Below, piece by piece: positions 9,762 through 19,453 of a stretch of DNA of 64,000 nucleotides. The notes below the pieces were generated by a model, which was not told where the DNA came from, searched no databases, and saw only the letters and a list, made by a program, of their open reading frames with translations. The first letter of the stretch is position 1. Each line of letters starts with the position of its first letter. The DNA lies in NCBI GenBank assembly GCA_963769025.1, contig CAVYKI010000003.1, forward strand, positions 864,001-928,000. Reading direction: 5' to 3'. The DNA comes from an uncultured Verrucomicrobiae bacterium. GTDB lineage: Bacteria > Verrucomicrobiota > Verrucomicrobiia > Chthoniobacterales > Chthoniobacteraceae. The translations under genes were made by a program, and so were the position numbers.

Positions 9762-11099
9762 ATGGGTCCCCGCACACGTGTGTTGATCGGCAGCGTTGCA
9801 GTTTTGCTCGCGTGGACGCTTGGCTACGGCATGGGCGGCGGGTTTCGCATCGGCGGAAATGGCGCGGCGGACGACTCGTTCGGGGATCAAGGCGCGGGGC
9901 GGCACATCCCATGGACACGCGAGCGGCTGATCGATTCCATTAAGCCTATAGGCAAGGAGCCGCACAGTATGTCTGCAGTCCGGTTTGCGATGAAGCTCAC
10001 CGAGCAACTGGGCCCGAAGGATTTTCCGCTCGCGCTCAAGGTCGCCGAAGAGATCAAAGATCAGCTTGCTGGGAACGAACGGGTTTTCAACCAGGTGGCG
10101 CTCATGCGTTGGGCGGAAATGAAGCCTGAGGCAGCCGCGGAATACCTCAAGACCAACGACAAAATCGGCCCCGAATACCTTTCTGATAGTGATGCGTTCC
10201 TCGCCGTCTGGGGCGCTGCGAATCCCACCGCCGCGATTGCCTGGGCGAAGACGCTTCGCGCGGACCAACGGCGGGGTGTCCTCAAACAAATTCTAGTGGC
10301 GACCGGACGCCGGGATCTGGATGCAGCCATTGCCCTTGCGCGGGCTCATACGCCTGAGTTGCTGAACGCTGGCACTCTCGGTGTGAACGACGGCACTCTC
10401 GGTGAAGCGTTCAGTAACACGCTCATCAGTATGACGCTCATTGATCACGACTCTGAGCGCATCGCACGCACCCTCGCTCCGCTCGGCATTTCAAACGCGT
10501 TCCATCTCGCTACATCAAGGTGGGCAGTGAAAAATGTCGATGAGGCCATGAAATGGGCGCTGGAACTCACGGACGAAAAAGTCCGCACCCAAGCATTGAA
10601 GGCCGTCTGGCAGGGATTCGCCGAAAGGGATGCCAAGGAAGCTGCGCGCCAGTTTGCGAAGAACGCCGCTGACGCTCCGTTCATCGAAGGCGTAAGCAAG
10701 GACATTGCGACGAAGCTGGCGTGGACGGCTGCTAGTTGGGCTGCCATCTGGGCTGCCACGCTCCAGCAGCCCAAGGCGCGGCGTGAAGCCTTCGAAGCAC
10801 TGGGGTCGCACTACGGAAGCATTGATGCCGCCGCGGGCGGTCGGTGGCTGGAGACGCTGCCTGCGGGAGCGGATCGGGACGGTGCAATCAAAGTCTTCAT
10901 TCAGCGTGCCAAATCAACCCACCCAAGAGAATCAGCCGAATGGGCGACGGCCATTCAGGAACGTGACGACCGCCGTGATGCTCTGCGCGAGGCTGTCGAG
11001 ACTTGGTTTACCAAAGACCTCGGCACTGCTCTGGAATGGCTCCAGACGTCGCCCAAACTTTCCGACGAAGATAGGCGTGCCCTTTTGAAGAAAAAATAA
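9762..11099 (+). CDS. Hypothetical membrane-anchored helical-repeat protein
   Basis: 445 aa ORF with N-terminal TM and recurring W-x(3)-P/D-x2-A-x2-W repeats. Confidence 0.75.
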   Translation: MGPRTRVLIGSVAVLLAWTLGYGMGGGFRIGGNGAADDSFGDQGAGRHIPWTRERLIDSIKPIGKEPHSMSAVRFAMKLTEQLGPKDFPLALKVAEEIKDQLAGNERVFNQVALMRWAEMKPEAAAEYLKTNDKIGPEYLSDSDAFLAVWGAANPTAAIAWAKTLRADQRRGVLKQILVATGRRDLDAAIALARAHTPELLNAGTLGVNDGTLGEAFSNTLISMTLIDHDSERIARTLAPLGISNAFHLATSRWAVKNVDEAMKWALELTDEKVRTQALKAVWQGFAERDAKEAARQFAKNAADAPFIEGVSKDIATKLAWTAASWAAIWAATLQQPKARREAFEALGSHYGSIDAAAGGRWLETLPAGADRDGAIKVFIQRAKSTHPRESAEWATAIQERDDRRDALREAVETWFTKDLGTALEWLQTSPKLSDEDRRALLKKK

Positions 11100-11119
11100 C
11101 TGGCAGGTGCGGTGACACG

Positions 11120-12091
11120 CTAATCGCCGTATCCGCCTGGATGCCTCACATGCCAGGCCCAGGCGCTGGCGATGATCTTTTCCACGTCCTGGAATTGCGG
11201 TTTCCAACCGAGTTCGGCGCGGACTTTTTCCGAGGCGGCGATGAGGCGCGGCGGGTCGCCGGGGCGGCGCGGCTTTTCGAGGACGGCGATTTTTTTGCCG
11301 GTGACCGTTTCGCAGGCGGCGATGATTTCGCGGACGCTGGTGCCGCCGCCGGTGCCGAGGTTGTATTTCGCGCTCTGCGGGGCGGTGAGGGCGAGCATGT
11401 GCGCCTGCGCGAGGTCGAGGATGTGGATGTAGTCGCGGATGCACGTGCCGTCGGGCGTGGGGTAGTCGGTGCCGTAGATTTCGACGTGCGGCTTCTGGCC
11501 GAGGGCGACCTTGAGGACGTTCGGGATGAGGTGCGTCTCGATGCGGTGATCCTCGCCGAAGGTCTCGCTGGCGCCGGCGGCGTTGAAGTAGCGCAGCGCG
11601 ACGTAGGTCAGGCCGTGGATTTCGGAATACCAGCGGAGGATCTGCTCGAAGATGAGCTTGCTCTCGCCGTACGGATTGATCGGGCGCTGCGGGACGGTTT
11701 CGTCGATCGGGATCTGCTCCGGCACGCCGAAGGTGGCGCAGGTGCTGGAGAAGACGAGGCGCTTGCAGCCGGCGGCGTGCATGGCGTCGAGGAGGTTGAT
11801 GCCGCCGTGGACGTTGTTGCGGAAATATTTCGAGGGGTTCGTCATGCTCTCGCCGACGAGGGCATTCGCCGCGAAGTGCATGACGGCGTCGGGCCGCACT
11901 TTCTCCAGCGCATCCTCGATGTCGCAGCGCTGCTGGAGGTCGCCGGTGATGAGCACCGCGCGGGAATCCACGGCTGTGCGGTGGCCTTCGGTGAGATTGT
12001 CAAAGACGGTGACGATGTGGCCGGAGTTGAGGAGCTGTTCGACGCAGATGCTGCCGATGTAGCCGGCGCCGCCGGTGACGAGGATTTTCAT
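11120..12091 (-). CDS. galE: UDP-glucose 4-epimerase
   Basis: GGAGYIGS, YGESK, LRYFN, DGTCIRDYIH. Confidence 0.96.
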   Translation of the reverse strand: MKILVTGGAGYIGSICVEQLLNSGHIVTVFDNLTEGHRTAVDSRAVLITGDLQQRCDIEDALEKVRPDAVMHFAANALVGESMTNPSKYFRNNVHGGINLLDAMHAAGCKRLVFSSTCATFGVPEQIPIDETVPQRPINPYGESKLIFEQILRWYSEIHGLTYVALRYFNAAGASETFGEDHRIETHLIPNVLKVALGQKPHVEIYGTDYPTPDGTCIRDYIHILDLAQAHMLALTAPQSAKYNLGTGGGTSVREIIAACETVTGKKIAVLEKPRRPGDPPRLIAASEKVRAELGWKPQFQDVEKIIASAWAWHVRHPGGYGD

Positions 12092-12207
12092 GGTGCGCCG
12101 GGTTTACCGCGCTGTCGCGAAGTCGGAAAGGGCAATCAAGACCGTGCTTGCCTCGCAGGATGACGCCGCTAGAACGGGCGTCCCTCAACCTCCAAGAACT
12201 CACTTTT

Positions 12208-13113
12208 ATGCCAGAACGCATCGGATTTGTCGGAGTCGGCCGCATGGGCGCAAACATGGCGCGCCGCCTCAAGGACGTGGGTTACCCCGTCACCGCCGTC
12301 TATGACATCAACACCAAGGGCGCGCAGGAACTCGCCGCCGAACTCGGCGCGGAAGCCTGCACGAAGCTCTCGCGCGTGACCGAACTGAGCGACGTGATCA
12401 TCACCGTCGTCACGGACGACAAGGCGATGCTGAACATTTTCACGAACAAGAAGGACAACCTGCTCATGGGCGCGAAGGGCCGCACGTTTGTGAACTGCGC
12501 GACCATTTCCCCGGCGACGCACGTGCAGGTGGAAAAGCTCGCGAAGAAGGCAAAGGCCGCGTCGCTGGAAGGCTGCATGGCGTCGAGCATCAACCAGGCG
12601 CGCGCCGGCACGCTCTACCTCATGTGCGCGGGCGAAAAGGCGACGTTTGAGAAATTGAAGCCCATCCTCACCAAGCTGAGCGACGAGGGAAAACTGATGC
12701 GCTACATCGGCAAGGCCGGGCAGGCGGCGCAGGTGAAGGCGCTCGTGAACATGGTCATGAACATCAACACCGCCGGGCTCGCCGAGGGCCTCGGCCTCGC
12801 GGATGCACTGAAGCTGGACCTCAAGGTCGTCAGCGAAGTCTTCAGCCAGACCGGCGCGAACAGCCGCGTGCTCGTGACCGACGGCGAGGACATGATCAAC
12901 CGCGACCATTCGTGCTTCTTCAGCGCCGCGCACGCCGCGAAGGACAGCGGCATCGCGCTGAGCCTCGGCAAGCAGCAGAAACTCAATCTTCCCCTCGCAG
13001 CCGCCACCTTCGCGCAATACTCGAAGATGGTGAAAACCGGCCTCGGCGCGCTCGACAAGAGCGGCATCGCCGAGCTGACCTTCAAAGGCCGCGGGCCGAA
13101 GAAGAAAAGATGA
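12208..13113 (+). CDS. NAD(P)-dependent oxidoreductase, 3-hydroxyisobutyrate dehydrogenase family
   Basis: IGFVGVGRMGANMA, VKALVN, AAKD. Confidence 0.88.
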   Translation: MPERIGFVGVGRMGANMARRLKDVGYPVTAVYDINTKGAQELAAELGAEACTKLSRVTELSDVIITVVTDDKAMLNIFTNKKDNLLMGAKGRTFVNCATISPATHVQVEKLAKKAKAASLEGCMASSINQARAGTLYLMCAGEKATFEKLKPILTKLSDEGKLMRYIGKAGQAAQVKALVNMVMNINTAGLAEGLGLADALKLDLKVVSEVFSQTGANSRVLVTDGEDMINRDHSCFFSAAHAAKDSGIALSLGKQQKLNLPLAAATFAQYSKMVKTGLGALDKSGIAELTFKGRGPKKKR

Positions 13114-13116
13114 TCG

Positions 13117-13172
13117 GTGATAAGTGAAAGGTGCGGAGCAGGCCCCTGACCACCTCTCACGTTTCACTTTCC
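13117..13172. repeat. Short heptamer-periodic inverted element
   Basis: GTGATAA GTGAAAG GTG ... CACCTCT CACGTTT CACTTTC. Confidence 0.5.
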
Positions 13173-13242
13173 AGCTGTCACCCCACAGTTCCCCCGCCGA
13201 CTCGGCGGATCCTCAAACAACCAACAACCAAACAAAAAACAC

Positions 13243-13680
13243 ATGAGCTACGTTCCCATGATCAGTTCCGGAGTCGCCGGCCCCCTCGGCGCCCTCCATC
13301 TCCCCCGTCTCTGGCTGAAACTCAGCCTCGAAGCCGCAGGCAAACTCGCCGCCGGCTACCCCGGCCTCGGCAAGGGCTACGACCAGATGACCTGCGACCA
13401 GCTCGGCTTCGACGGCGCGGCCGCGACGGAGTTCGTCAAGACCAGCAAGCCCAACTATCCGCAGTTCGAGGCGTGGGTGCGCCAGAACGGCAAGAAGCTG
13501 ACGAAGGCCGACATCCAGCGCCACAACCTCGCCATCCTCGGCTATTGCCACGATGACGCGACGCGCAAAGGCATCCTCACCGCGAGCGGCCTGCCCGACG
13601 ACGGCAGCGTGCTCCCCGGCGCGATCGACCTGAACAACCTCGACGACTGGCAGGAATTCCACGCCGCCGTCCTCAAGTAA
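13243..13680 (+). CDS. DUF5069-like protein
   Basis: GPLGALHLPRLWLK, GYD, LNNLDDW pattern. Confidence 0.75.
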   Translation: MSYVPMISSGVAGPLGALHLPRLWLKLSLEAAGKLAAGYPGLGKGYDQMTCDQLGFDGAAATEFVKTSKPNYPQFEAWVRQNGKKLTKADIQRHNLAILGYCHDDATRKGILTASGLPDDGSVLPGAIDLNNLDDWQEFHAAVLK

Positions 13681-13700
13681 GGCGCGAGCCCACGAATCAC

Positions 13701-13736
13701 AAAAGCCGGCGCGGGAAACTGCGCCGGCTTTTTTTT
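13701..13736. terminator. Intrinsic terminator, probably bidirectional
   Basis: AAAAGCCGGCGCG-GGAAAC-TGCGCCGGCTTTTTTTT between convergent genes. Confidence 0.9.
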
Positions 13737-13738
13737 GA

Positions 13739-15118
13739 TCAGCCGGGAAGCTTCACGCTGAACGTCGCACTCGTCCCTTCCTCACTTGCGGCGGTGATGC
13801 TGCCGCCGTGCGCATGCACGATGGCCTGCGCGATCGCGAGGCCGAGCCCGGCGTGCCCGGCGGAGCGCGCCTGGTCCGCGCGATGGAAGCGCTCGAAGAC
13901 ATGCGGCAGGTCCGCCGTGGAAATGCCGGGGCCTGTGTTATGGACGGTGAGCCCGGCGCTGCCGTTCTCACGCGCCGTGGTGATGCGCACCGTGCCGCCA
14001 TCGCGGTTGTATTCGATGGCGTTGGCGAGCAGGTTCGTGACGACCTGGGCGATGCGCTCTCCATCGCAGCGGCACGGCGCCGCGGTAAACTCTTCGGAGA
14101 TCGTGATGGCTCGCTTTGCCGCGAGAGGGCGGATCAACTCCGAGCAGTCGGCGGCGATTCCCGCAAGGTCGCACTCTTCGCGGCGCATGGCCTCCTGTCC
14201 CGCGTCGAGCCGTGCGAGTTCGAGCAGGGACTCGATGAGGCCCCGCATCCGCTGCGTGGCGCGCTGGCAGGCTTCGATCGTCTCGCGGTATTCCGAGGCA
14301 GGGCGCTCGCGAGCGAGGGCGGCCTGCGTCTGCGTGAGCATCACGGCGACGGGCGTGCGCAGTTCGTGCGCGGCATCGGCGGTGAAGCGCGCCTGCTGCG
14401 CAAACGCGGCGTCGAGCCGTGCGAAGGTTGCGTTCAGGACGCCGGCGAGCCGTCCGAGTTCGCTGTCCGTCTCAGTCGTGCTGATGCGCTGTGAGAGATC
14501 GCCTGCGGCGATTTTTTCCGCCGTGGAGGTGATGTCGTCCACCGGCTTGATTGCGCGCGTCGCGAGCCACCACCCGCCGATCATTCCCGCGGCGAGGACC
14601 GCGCCGCCGATGGCAGCGAGGACTGCGGCGAACGTGTGAAGCTCGGTATCCTCCGCCGCGATCGTGCGGCCCACGAGCACACAGTCCACCGGTGCGGCGA
14701 AGAGGAACGACTCGCGGAATTCGCCGCGCGTCCGCACGGCGGCGTCGCGGCTCCGCGGCTGCGGGATGTTCGCCGGCGCGTTCGGCGACCGCAGCACCGG
14801 CTCCTTGCCGCGCAGCCAGACGGCGAAGTAATGCCCCGCGCCGTCGCCGAAGAGCGCGGACTGCTGCGGGGTGAGCCGGACCTCACCGAGCTGCGGCGGC
14901 CCCGGCGCACGTTCCCTGCCCGGCGGCCCCGGGCGGTTGGCGGCGCGCAGCGCGACGACGAGCGTGGAGACGCGCACCTGCAATTCCTCGTCGATCCGCC
15001 GGAAGCGCCGCGCCTTTTCAAAATGGAATGCGGTGAAGCCGAAGCCGCACAGCACGGCGACGAGCAGCGCGCCATACCAGAGCTGCAGCCGCCAGCGGAT
15101 GGACATTGGGAAACGCAT
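13739..15118 (-). CDS. HAMP sensor histidine kinase
   Basis: Two TMs, HAMP, ADAAHELRTP, NLLANA, GLGLAI. Confidence 0.95.
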   Translation of the reverse strand: MRFPMSIRWRLQLWYGALLVAVLCGFGFTAFHFEKARRFRRIDEELQVRVSTLVVALRAANRPGPPGRERAPGPPQLGEVRLTPQQSALFGDGAGHYFAVWLRGKEPVLRSPNAPANIPQPRSRDAAVRTRGEFRESFLFAAPVDCVLVGRTIAAEDTELHTFAAVLAAIGGAVLAAGMIGGWWLATRAIKPVDDITSTAEKIAAGDLSQRISTTETDSELGRLAGVLNATFARLDAAFAQQARFTADAAHELRTPVAVMLTQTQAALARERPASEYRETIEACQRATQRMRGLIESLLELARLDAGQEAMRREECDLAGIAADCSELIRPLAAKRAITISEEFTAAPCRCDGERIAQVVTNLLANAIEYNRDGGTVRITTARENGSAGLTVHNTGPGISTADLPHVFERFHRADQARSAGHAGLGLAIAQAIVHAHGGSITAASEEGTSATFSVKLPG

Positions 15119-15771
15119 CACGTATCGATGCAATAGCCGTGGCCGCGCCGCGTGGCGATGAAGTCGTGGCCGAGCTTCTTGCGGACGTTCGAGACGTGGA
15201 CATCGAGCAGGTTCGACAGTGAATCGTCGTTCTCGTCGAAGAGATGCTCGTAGAGCTGCGTGCGCGTGACGACCTCGCCGCGGTGCAGCGCGAGGAATTC
15301 CACGAGCGAATACTCGCGCGCGGTGAGCACGACGGGCTTCTTCTTATGCAGGACGGTGCGCGCCGCAATGTCCACCGTCACATCGCCAATCTCGATCACC
15401 GAGCGCGCCTCGCTCGCGCTGCGGCGGATGATCGCGCGCAGCCGCGCGAGCAGTTCGGGGAGGTCGAACGGCTTCACGAGGTAGTCGTCCGCGCCCGTGT
15501 CGAGGCCGCGCACGCGATCGGCACTGCGATCGCGCGCGGTGAGCAGCAGCACGGGCGTCTTTTTCTCCACGCGAAGGCGGCGCAGCACCTCCCAGCCGTC
15601 GAGGCGCGGCAGCATCACGTCGAGCACGATGGCGTCGTAGTTCACTTCACGCGCCTTGTAGAGCCCGTCCTCGCCATCCGCCGCCGTGTCCACGGCATAG
15701 CCCTCCTCGCGCAGCGCGTGCGCGAGGCCGCGCAGGAGGTCGGGCTCGTCTTCGACGATGAGAATGCGCAT
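15118..15771 (-). CDS. OmpR-family response regulator
   Basis: MRILIVEDE, LDVMLP, GADDYLVKPF, winged helix TRRGHGY. Confidence 0.96.
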   Translation of the reverse strand: MRILIVEDEPDLLRGLAHALREEGYAVDTAADGEDGLYKAREVNYDAIVLDVMLPRLDGWEVLRRLRVEKKTPVLLLTARDRSADRVRGLDTGADDYLVKPFDLPELLARLRAIIRRSASEARSVIEIGDVTVDIAARTVLHKKKPVVLTAREYSLVEFLALHRGEVVTRTQLYEHLFDENDDSLSNLLDVHVSNVRKKLGHDFIATRRGHGYCIDT

Positions 15772-15792
15772 GGGGTGAGTGTCGGCGCGGCA

Positions 15793-15875
15793 CCTTAACG
15801 GGAGATGAAGCGCGTGAGAAAGGCGGAGCGCGGAAAAATTTGCGGGGCGCGTGCGTGCTTCACCTTGCCTTAAGG
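15793..15875. promoter_or_regulatory. Pair of CTTCA-N7-TTAAGG boxes, putative response-regulator operators
   Basis: CTTCATCTCCCGTTAAGG (minus, 15793-15810) and CTTCACCTTGCCTTAAGG (plus, 15858-15875), each 22 bp before a divergent ATG. Confidence 0.6.
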
Positions 15876-15897
15876 TGCGCCTTTGCAACCTGCGCGC

Positions 15898-18092
15898 ATG
15901 AAACGAAGCCTCCTCCATCTCGCAGGCCGCGCGCTTCTTGCGTCGCCGGCATTTTTCCCCGTCGCCGGGTCGGCGCACGACGCGAACGGCGAGCCGCATA
16001 GGGCATACGAAACACCCGCGGGGTCGCCGGTGGTTCTGCTCGCGCAGGCGGATGCACAGCAAGATCGCACGCAGGTCGGCGCGCGCAGGATGCGGACGAA
16101 CCGGCCCGCGCAGGCGGCGGCGTTCGAGGCGTTCGCGCCAAAGGTGAACGTGCGGTGGGACGAGCGGTTTCTTTTCGTCGAGGGCAACGGGCTGCCGTCG
16201 CACAACATGATGGTGGGCATCACCGCGTGGCAGCAGCAGGTGCCGCTGCCGCAGAATTACTCGGGCGCGAATGCATGGCAGATTCCGCTCGTGCCGGTGC
16301 CGGCGAAGGAGCCTGCGTCGATCAAGGACCGCTTCCTGCGCGGGGCGATCGCGCTGGCGGTGAATGGCGTTCCCATTTTCAATCCGCAGAACAACCGGGG
16401 CGAAGTCTCGCAGGAGATAGGCGAACTGGACGAGTGGGGCGGTCACTGTGGGCGCGCGGACGACTATCATTACCACGCCGCGCCGCTGCATTTGCAGGCG
16501 GTCGCCGGGAAAGGCCATCCCATCGCGTTTGCGCTCGATGGCTATGCGATCTACGGCCTCACGGAGCCGGATGGCGCGCAGCCGACGGGGCTCGATGCGT
16601 TCAACGGCCACACGACTCAGGCGCTCGGGTATCATTATCACGCCTCGAAAAAGTACCCGTACGTGAATGGCGGATTCCGCGGCGAAGTCGTCGAACGCGA
16701 GGGCCAGGTGGACCCGCAGCCGCGCGCGAATGGTGTGCGCGAGGCATTGCAGGCTTTGCGCGGCGCGAAAATCACGGCCTTCGAGAGCACTGGCGCGAAC
16801 AGCTACAAGCTCTCCTACGATGTGAACGGCGACAAACGCGCGGTGCTCTACTCGATCAATGCGGACGGCACGTTCCCGTTTGAATTCCAGAACGGCAGCG
16901 CGGGCACGACGAAACAGGTTTATACGCTGCGGCAGCGTGGCGGCGGCGGTGGCGGGCCGCGCCCCGATGGCGAGCGTCCGCCTCGTCGCGCCGGTGAACG
17001 TCCCGGCGGCGGCGGGGATCGTCCGCCTCGTCCCGAAGATGGTCCCGGTGGGCCGCCTCCGCGCCCAGGCGGCGGCGGTGAACGCCGCGGCGGCCAGCAG
17101 GAGGCCGCCTCGCATTTCGGCCCCGATGCGATGAAAAAGCCGAGCGCGACTTTTGTCCTCACCAGCCCCGAGATTTCTGCCGATGGAAAACTGCCGATCG
17201 ACTACACGGGCGACGGCAGCGGCGCGACTTTGCCCCTCGCATGGAAGGGCGCGCCCGCGGGCACGAAGAGCTATGCGCTCCTCATGGATCACGTCGCGCC
17301 GGGCAATATGATGAAGCACTACTGGACGATGTGGGACATCCCCGCGGGCACGACGAGCCTTCCGAAAAACGTGAAGGGCGTCGGCAAAACCGGCGCGAGC
17401 TTCAAGGGGCAGATCGGCTACGAGCCGCCGCATTCGCAGGGGCCGGGTGCGAAGACCTACGTGCTCACGGTCTATGCGCTTTCGTCGCCATTGCAGATCA
17501 CGCAGCAGCCGCGTGAGGTGAACCGCGACGTCCTGCTCGCGGCGATGAAAGACAAGGTGCTCGCGAGTTCATCGCTGAGCGTCGTCTATTCGCGCAGCGG
17601 CAATGCGCAGAGTGAAGGCCAGCGCCCGCCGCGCCGGGAGGGCGGGCCGGGTGCCGATGGCCAGCGCCCACCGCGGCGCGAGGAGGGCGGCAACGGTCAA
17701 CCACCCCCGCCTCCTCCGCAGGCGCAAGTGCAGGAGCAGCTCATTTCCGCGGCGCCGCAATTCGCCGCCGCGGATCAACCGCCACAGCCTCCGCAGCCCG
17801 GCGAGCGTCGTTCGGGTGGGCCGGGCGGAAAAGGTGGCGGCAAAGGCGGCCCGCCCGGCCTCATCAAGCCCAGCATCGCCGACACGATGAAGCTCAACGT
17901 CTATGCGGACAATTGGTTCATGCTCTACGTGAATGGCGCCTCGTCGCCGTGGACCCGATCCAGTTCACGCCGCACAACGTCGTGAGCGTGGATTTTCTCC
18001 CCGAGTATCCGATGACCATCGCGGTGATGGCCAAGGACCCTCTGCTCTGCTCCCCCGCTCCCGTCGCAAACCTTCACGCGCAAGCCCCATGA
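15898..18092 (+). CDS. Secreted YHYH-domain / YbhB-YbcL (PEBP) fusion protein (frameshift near 17937)
   Basis: DDYHYH and GYHYH motifs, AFALDG; PEBP domain (LPLAW, YEPPHSQGPG); corrected tail ends in an ATGA overlap with the next gene. Confidence 0.8.
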
Positions 18093-19453
18093 AACGTATC
18101 CTCGCCGCACTTGCACTTCTCTGCCTCGCCACCGGCGCCTTCGCGGCTGCGCCGAATTTCGTTTTGATCCTCGTCGATGACCAGGGCTGGAGCGGCACCT
18201 CGGTGCCGATGATTCCCGGCAAGGACTTCAGCCGGACGCCGGGATTCCAGATGCCGAATCTCGACCGGCTCGCCGCGCAGGGGATGGTTTTTTCCCAGAC
18301 GTATGCGGGTCATCCGAAGTGCGAGTGCTCGCGCGCTTCGCTGCAAATGGGCCGCACGACGACGAGCCTCAACGCCATCACGAAACAATCGCGCACTTGG
18401 AATGCGCCGCCCGCCGACTCGCTGGTGAACACACTCAAGCGCGCCAACGCCGGCTATCGCGCCGCGCATTTCGGCAAGTGGCAGTGGCCTACGCCGCCGG
18501 AGAAATTCGGCTACGACCTAAGCGACGGCGTCACCATGAATGAGGACGGCGACACCACCGATCCGAACGATCCGAAGCAATCCTTCGGCATCACCCGGCG
18601 CGCGCAGTCCTTCGTGGAGCAGCAGGTGAAGGACGGGCATCCGTTTTTCCTCCAGCTCTCGTATTACGCCGTGCATCAGCAGCCGCAGGCGCTCGCTTCC
18701 ACGCTGAAGAAATATGAAGGCGCGGGCGCGGGCGGTGGCGGTGGCCGCGGCGGCAAAGGAGGCGGGCCGATCATGGCAGCCATGACCGAGGATCTCGACA
18801 CGTGCATCGGCGTGCTTTTGAAAAAGCTCGAAGCCCTCGGCATCGCGAAGACCACCTACATCATCTACACGTCCGACAATGGCGGGCGTTCCCAGGCACT
18901 GAAGGGCGGCAAGACGGTCTGCGATGAGGGCGGCATCCGCGTCCCGATGATCGTCCACGGTCCCGGCATCCGCGGCGGCACCCATTGCGCCGAGCCTGTC
19001 GTCGGCTACGACATTTTCCCCACGATCCTCGACATCGTCGCGCCGGGCTTCGCGCTGCCGAAAGGCATCGAGGGCGGAAGCTGGAAGCCGGTTCTGACGG
19101 GCGGCGGAACGGGCAAGGTGAAGCGCCCGATCGATCGCATGGTCTGGCATCACGACGTGGAAATCGAACACCCGCAAACCGCGATGCGCAAAGGCGACCT
19201 CAAGCTCATGCACTACTGGGATACGAAGGAGGATTTCCTCTATGACCTCGCCGCCGACCTCGGCGAACGCAACGATCTCGCGAAGGCGAAGCCCGAAGTG
19301 ACCGCGCTGTTGCTTGCCGAACTCAAGGCGCACGTGCGCGCGGGACTCGGCGAACAGAAGTTCGCCGCGCTCGAAGGAGGCAAGTTCGAGGCTGGCGGAG
19401 GCCGCCGTGGCGGCGAGGGCAAAGGCGGCAGGAAGAGGGGCGCCGCACAATGA
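18089..19453 (+). CDS. Sulfatase-like hydrolase
   Basis: Signal peptide, PNFVLILVDD, CECSR, GKW, SDNG, EGGIRVP, LYDL. Confidence 0.9.
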   Translation: MKRILAALALLCLATGAFAAAPNFVLILVDDQGWSGTSVPMIPGKDFSRTPGFQMPNLDRLAAQGMVFSQTYAGHPKCECSRASLQMGRTTTSLNAITKQSRTWNAPPADSLVNTLKRANAGYRAAHFGKWQWPTPPEKFGYDLSDGVTMNEDGDTTDPNDPKQSFGITRRAQSFVEQQVKDGHPFFLQLSYYAVHQQPQALASTLKKYEGAGAGGGGGRGGKGGGPIMAAMTEDLDTCIGVLLKKLEALGIAKTTYIIYTSDNGGRSQALKGGKTVCDEGGIRVPMIVHGPGIRGGTHCAEPVVGYDIFPTILDIVAPGFALPKGIEGGSWKPVLTGGGTGKVKRPIDRMVWHHDVEIEHPQTAMRKGDLKLMHYWDTKEDFLYDLAADLGERNDLAKAKPEVTALLLAELKAHVRAGLGEQKFAALEGGKFEAGGGRRGGEGKGGRKRGAAQ

